Part shown: positions 15,995 to 20,000 of the stretch, piece by piece
Layout of the letters: each line of letters opens with the position of its first letter
Numbering within the stretch: the stretch's first letter is position 1
The notes under the pieces: generated by a model
The model's database searches: none
What the model was told of the DNA's origin: nothing
The model's input: the letters and a program-made list of their open reading frames with translations, nothing else
Translations under genes and position numbers: made by a program
Sequence record: SRR2962707_3387
Length of the DNA: 20,000 bases
Strand: one strand, 5' to 3'

Positions 15995-17497
15995 TCAACT
16001 TCCTATGTCATTGCGCGGGAAATAACCATGCAACCAGAATCGGGGAAGAGCTCGCTCCCTCAAGACTTGGTAATAATAGGACTCGTCCTCTCTCATATCG
16101 AGATAATACTTCCTCACCTCAACCGCCCAGGCGCCCCAGAGCAAAAAGACAAGCGTGGCGATTACGGCCGCCTGAAGGGCTTTTCTCAAGGGTCGCGAGG
16201 CATCGTTCTTATATCTCTTCCCCTTAAGGGTACCCGGAACAATAAACCCCAAAAAAACAGGCATGATCAACAGCCCCACGAGCATCGAGCCAGGTGCGAT
16301 AAAGACCGCTGATACGCCCGCATGAATTAAGGCCCCGACAATAGAAGCCAACAGAGCCGCAAGAACAATCGCCTCGGTTGAACTCTCACTCACCTTTATG
16401 ACTTTGCAGCGAGCATAGAGAAACGAAGCAACCTGAAAAGCCCCCCAGAGCAATGTCAGAACAAGCAGCCACCCATACTCAGCCGCCCACATGAGGTACA
16501 TGTTGTGTGGATGCCCAAACTTGTTGTTCTCAGCATAAGACGCCGTCAATATATCGTGAGTTAACCAAGACTGGGGGCCCATCCCGAGAGGAAACCTCTG
16601 GAGGCTCATCTCCCACGCTTCGATAAACAACGGAGCTCTGCCCGAGCTCCCCTGACTAATGGTACGCAATTCCAGCTCCCCGAAAACCAGAATTGGCACA
16701 AGCAGCGACAAGACAAACCAGAATAAGCCACCAAGCACAAGGTAGACCAGGAATTGCTTCAACCATGGCCAACACTGGCGACCAATGATTACGCTCGAGA
16801 CAACGACACCCACGGCCACACCCAGCACAGATCCACGAGATGCCGACAGGAAGACAATCCACCACCATAGCCCCGCACCAACGGCAACAAGCACTCGCCA
16901 AAGCCGATGATTTGCAAAAGGCCCCATCAACACAGCTAAGGGCAAGACAGGAAGAAGCCACGTCGCCACATGGCTCCAATAGCGAATATTGACAAACCCC
17001 CAGGGAATCAGATCAGAGAGCTCGGAATGACCGCCCTCCAGGGCAAACAGGTAAACATTCAGCGACATTGCGCCGTAGAGAAAACAGGCAGCAGCCGTTA
17101 TAACGACAAGTACCTCAAGGCACTTCATGGTGATATCTGATTTGGCCAGAGCGATACCGCCCAGAATGACGGCGGCAAAATAGAATGAATATAGGCCTGG
17201 CTCGACATAGGCGTAGGGCTGTCGGATATATGCCAGCGAAAGCACTGGAAACCCAACTACAAGCAAAATAAACGGCAAGGCCTGCACAACGGCTCGCCTG
17301 GACAAGACACCTCTTGAGATCAAAAAATAGGTAGAGACAACCGTAATGCCCCCCAGCCAGGCCACCAAAAGAAATCTCTGGTCCGCGTAGGACCCTGCCG
17401 AGGTTGGTAGAAAATCCGCAAAAAGAACCGCCAGTAAGGTGATCGCGACGAAGGAAGCTGCGGCCGCTATCCCCACCTGAGGTGTTTTCAACATCAT
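15995..17497 (-). CDS. Wzy_C/O-antigen-ligase family membrane protein, probable pilin O-oligosaccharyltransferase (TfpO/PilO-like), about 500 aa
   Basis: Many TM segments; GFVNIR, SASRG, SSGRAPLF...W, PLGMGP, GHPHNMYLMWAAEYG motifs; directly downstream of a pilA ending in Ser. Start set at ATG 17497 after GGGAG. Confidence 0.8.
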   Translation of the reverse strand: MMLKTPQVGIAAAASFVAITLLAVLFADFLPTSAGSYADQRFLLVAWLGGITVVSTYFLISRGVLSRRAVVQALPFILLVVGFPVLSLAYIRQPYAYVEPGLYSFYFAAVILGGIALAKSDITMKCLEVLVVITAAACFLYGAMSLNVYLFALEGGHSELSDLIPWGFVNIRYWSHVATWLLPVLPLAVLMGPFANHRLWRVLVAVGAGLWWWIVFLSASRGSVLGVAVGVVVSSVIIGRQCWPWLKQFLVYLVLGGLFWFVLSLLVPILVFGELELRTISQGSSGRAPLFIEAWEMSLQRFPLGMGPQSWLTHDILTASYAENNKFGHPHNMYLMWAAEYGWLLVLTLLWGAFQVASFLYARCKVIKVSESSTEAIVLAALLASIVGALIHAGVSAVFIAPGSMLVGLLIMPVFLGFIVPGTLKGKRYKNDASRPLRKALQAAVIATLVFLLWGAWAVEVRKYYLDMREDESYYYQVLRERALPRFWLHGYFPRNDIGS

Positions 17498-17506
17498 CTC
17501 CCCCCC

Positions 17507-17540
17507 AACAAAAAAGCCCAAAGCATTTGCTTTGGGCTTT
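17507..17540 (-). terminator. Intrinsic terminator after pilA
   Basis: Minus strand AAAGCCCAAAGC-AAAT-GCTTTGGGCTTT followed by TTTGTT: a 12-bp inverted repeat ending in a U-tract. Confidence 0.85.
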
Positions 17541-17599
17541 CAGTTTACCGCATTGATAACTGTTGATCGTTGCGGCAATTCAGCTATGCGGCCTTCGTA

Positions 17600-18103
17600 T
17601 TAGGAAGCCGGGCAACCTGCAGGCGCGTAGCTGTCTTTCCATCCGTTGTTGGTGGCCGGCGGAGTGATTACGCAAGTATACGCGCCGTTTGCAGTACGGG
17701 ATACAGTGATGGTGGCACCACGAACCGCTGCAGAAGCGTCAGTACCCATTTCAACGTTCCAGGACATGGTCGCCAGAGCACCATTTGAGATGTTCAGACC
17801 AAAGTTGGGACCGGTGTTAGCATCTTTCACCAGGTTAGAGCCAGTCCAGCCAATACCGATAGTGCGAGGAGTGGTGTTCAGGGCGTCTGCATTGCCAATC
17901 TGGCCACCGTTGTTGAAAATACTCTCAGCGTTGGATTTCAGAGCATTTACTTCACCAACTACGCGAGAAACCTGGGTGCGTGCGGTGTAGTCCTGGTACT
18001 GGGGGATAGCAACAGCCGCCAGGATACCGATGATCGCTACAACGATCATCAGTTCGATCAGGGTAAAACCCTTCTGAGCGTGATTCATTTTGATTTCTTG
18101 CAT
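17600..18103 (-). CDS. pilA: Major type IVa pilin, 167 aa prepilin
   Basis: [31 protein letters not shown]-terminal Cys pair, ends GCPAS; divergent from pilB; GAGGT RBS before ATG 18103 (alternative ATG at 18088). Confidence 0.95.
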   Translation of the reverse strand: MQEIKMNHAQKGFTLIELMIVVAIIGILAAVAIPQYQDYTARTQVSRVVGEVNALKSNAESIFNNGGQIGNADALNTTPRTIGIGWTGSNLVKDANTGPNFGLNISNGALATMSWNVEMGTDASAAVRGATITVSRTANGAYTCVITPPATNNGWKDSYAPAGCPAS

Positions 18104-18194
18104 GTTATCGACCTCTAGAGTTGTCGTTTTGCGTGTTACAGCTCTGGGGGCTGTGGAGCAAGACCCCGCATCCGCTTTGAGCTGATTCAGGAAA

Positions 18195-18210
18195 AGCATA
18201 CGGCGTGCCA
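18195..18210 (-). promoter_or_regulatory. Sigma-54 promoter of pilA
   Basis: Minus strand TGGCACGCCGTATGCT with GG-N10-GC spacing. pilA is RpoN/PilR-dependent in Pseudomonas. Confidence 0.85.
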
Positions 18211-18261
18211 ATTGTCATATAATGCAAAAAAGTCACTCTCGCTCAGCGTGTTATGAGCTTA

Positions 18262-18277
18262 TGTGAACCAGGTCACG
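18262..18277. promoter_or_regulatory. CRP/Vfr-like site
   Basis: TGTGA-ACCAGG-TCACG, a 9/10 match to TGTGA-N6-TCACA, in the pilA-pilB intergenic region. Confidence 0.55.
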
Positions 18278-18308
18278 CACTTGCAGCTGCGCCGCACTTA
18301 GTCCAGGT

Positions 18309-18325
18309 GTGACGTTTTTTGTCAC
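18309..18325. promoter_or_regulatory. Palindromic enhancer (UAS) candidate for PilR-type activator
   Basis: GTGAC-GTTTTTT-GTCAC, about 100 bp upstream of the sigma-54 site, contains TGTC. Confidence 0.55.
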
Positions 18326-18482
18326 CCGGAAGCAAATTCTAGACACGCACCCTATTACGACATGTCCTCCCCTGTTGCGCCTACTCTTCTGACGGAACCT
18401 TTCCAAACCATTCCGGTACATCTAAACTCTCCATCGATGAATACGACATTCAGTCACTTAGACGATTCTTCTCAGAGCATTT

Positions 18483-20000
18483 ATGGCGACCAATAACAGA
18501 AACGTGACACTGACAGGACTTGCACGCCGCTTCGTAGACGACGGCCTGCTGGATGAAGAAACAGCAAAGGACGCATTTCTCCAGGCCTCCCAGAACCGCA
18601 TTCCGCTGATCACCTATCTGACTCAAAACCACTTGGCTGACAGTTCAAAGCTCGCCTTCTCAGCGGCCATGGAATTCGGCGTTTCGGTGATGGACCTTGA
18701 CGCGTTTTTGCCTGAGATGATGCCTGAGAAGGTTGTCGACGAAAAACTGCTTCGCAAACACAACGCCTTGCCGCTCTACAAACGGGGGAATCGCCTGTTT
18801 ATCGCGGTGTCAGATCCCACGAACATTCAGGCCCTGGACGAGATCAAGTTCAACACCGGCCTGAGCACTGACGCCATCCTCGTCGACGACGCCAAGCTGC
18901 GGGCTGCCATTGATCGGTACCTGGAATCTCACGATTCCACTATGGGCGACCTTGAAGACGCCGACCTCGAAGGCGTGGAGACAGACGGCGGTGATCATGA
19001 AGAAGACGACGGTGCGGTTTCTGCCACCGAGGTTGATGACGCTCCTATTGTTAAATATGTGAACAAAATGCTTCTCGACGCCATCCGCGGTGGCGCCTCC
19101 GATATTCACTTCGAGCCCTATGAAAAAGCGTATCGGGTTCGATACCGCACAGACGGCATTCTTAAAGAAGTTTCCCGCCCTTCCATCAAGCTGGCACCGA
19201 AGATTTCAGCGCGGGTCAAGATCATGGCGCAACTGGACATTTCTGAGCGCCGAGTCCCCCAGGACGGCCGGATAAAGCTAAAGTTGTCCAAAACCAAAGC
19301 CATCGACTTCCGGGTGAACACCCTCCCAACCCTGTGGGGAGAGAAGATTGTTCTGCGGATTCTGGATCCCAGCCAGGCCCAGCTCGGGATTGACGTACTG
19401 GGCTACGAAGAAGACCAGAAGGAGATGTATCTTGAGGCGCTCGAACAGCCTCAGGGCATGATTCTGGTGACTGGCCCGACAGGTTCTGGTAAGACGGTCT
19501 CACTCTATACCGGCCTTAATATTCTGAACACCACCGAGCGAAATATATCGACGGCCGAGGATCCGGCGGAGATCAACCTCGAGGGTATCAATCAGGTAAA
19601 CGTCAACACCAAGGTAGGCCTTGGGTTTGCCGAGGCCTTGCGCGCATTCCTGCGTCAGGATCCGGACGTCATCATGGTGGGTGAGATCCGGGACCTTGAA
19701 ACTGCAAACATCGCCATCAAAGCAGCACAAACCGGCCACCTGGTTTTGTCTACTCTGCACACCAACAGCGCCGCCGAGACGCTCACGCGGATGATGAACA
19801 TGGGCGTGCCGGCCTTTAACATCGCGACGTCGGTTAGCCTGATCATCGCCCAACGACTTGGCCGAAGACTGTGCAGTGCCTGCAAGCAACCGTCAGACGT
19901 CCCTCAGGACGTGCTTTTGAAGGAAGGGTTCACACAAGAACAAATTGATACAGGCTTCACGTTGTACCGCCCCAAGGGCTGTGATAAATGCAATGGTGGA
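18483..20000 (+). CDS. pilB: Type IV pilus assembly ATPase, 3'-truncated by the window
   Basis: Manual translation [21 protein letters not shown]...; [15 protein letters not shown], Walker [41 protein letters not shown], Zn motifs CSAC and CDKC. Absent from the ORF track because there is no stop in the window. Confidence 0.96.
   Translation, partial: MATNNRNVTLTGLARRFVDDGLLDEETAKDAFLQASQNRIPLITYLTQNHLADSSKLAFSAAMEFGVSVMDLDAFLPEMMPEKVVDEKLLRKHNALPLYKRGNRLFIAVSDPTNIQALDEIKFNTGLSTDAILVDDAKLRAAIDRYLESHDSTMGDLEDADLEGVETDGGDHEEDDGAVSATEVDDAPIVKYVNKMLLDAIRGGASDIHFEPYEKAYRVRYRTDGILKEVSRPSIKLAPKISARVKIMAQLDISERRVPQDGRIKLKLSKTKAIDFRVNTLPTLWGEKIVLRILDPSQAQLGIDVLGYEEDQKEMYLEALEQPQGMILVTGPTGSGKTVSLYTGLNILNTTERNISTAEDPAEINLEGINQVNVNTKVGLGFAEALRAFLRQDPDVIMVGEIRDLETANIAIKAAQTGHLVLSTLHTNSAAETLTRMMNMGVPAFNIATSVSLIIAQRLGRRLCSACKQPSDVPQDVLLKEGFTQEQIDTGFTLYRPKGCDKCNGG

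Noticed and set aside
15599-16312. 237-aa plus-strand ORF
   Set aside because: Antisense to the second pilin and the ligase, with no protein-like features.
18104-18211. N-terminal extension of pilA in the ORF track
   Set aside because: It begins inside the sigma-54 promoter. Type IVa leaders are short and an RBS precedes ATG 18103.
18450-19889. Minus-strand ORFs over pilB
   Set aside because: Antisense shadows of a clear pilB gene.
1-20000. CRISPR arrays, IS elements, tRNA/rRNA, integrases, defence genes
   Set aside because: No periodic repeats, transposase motifs or RNA gene signatures were seen by eye. Nearly all the sequence is explained by the CDSs listed.

Overview
Gammaproteobacterial window, Marinobacter-like by gene content (inference). 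It has three blocks. (1) 1-11773, minus strand: the start of an ABC-transporter-type capsule locus, in the order wzi-like, small lipoprotein, kpsD-like, kpsM, kpsT, kpsE, single-domain kpsC-like, a GT4, and a very large AT-rich ORF (>=1114 aa). That ORF is missing from the ORF track because it runs off the window's left edge. My manual translation shows it fuses a second KpsC-like domain to a helical/TPR-like region and a C-terminal FlmG/FlbA-like GT-B domain. (2) 12012-15460: a beta-CASP metallo-beta-lactamase, cysQ and rfaH in a tight run, plus a divergent di-heme cytochrome c4-like gene. (3) 15470-20000: a type IV pilus locus with pilA (C-terminal Ser), a Wzy_C O-oligosaccharyltransferase (TfpO/PilO-like), a second divergent pilin with its own sigma-54-type promoter, and a divergent partial pilB. 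The best leads are the KpsC-TPR-GT fusion (split KpsC), the two-pilin cassette flanking the glycosylase, a perfect RfaH ops element inside the wzi signal-peptide codons, and a perfect PhoP-box-like repeat upstream of the capsule operon. I saw no CRISPR array, IS element or RNA gene. All family assignments come from motif recognition; no database search was run.
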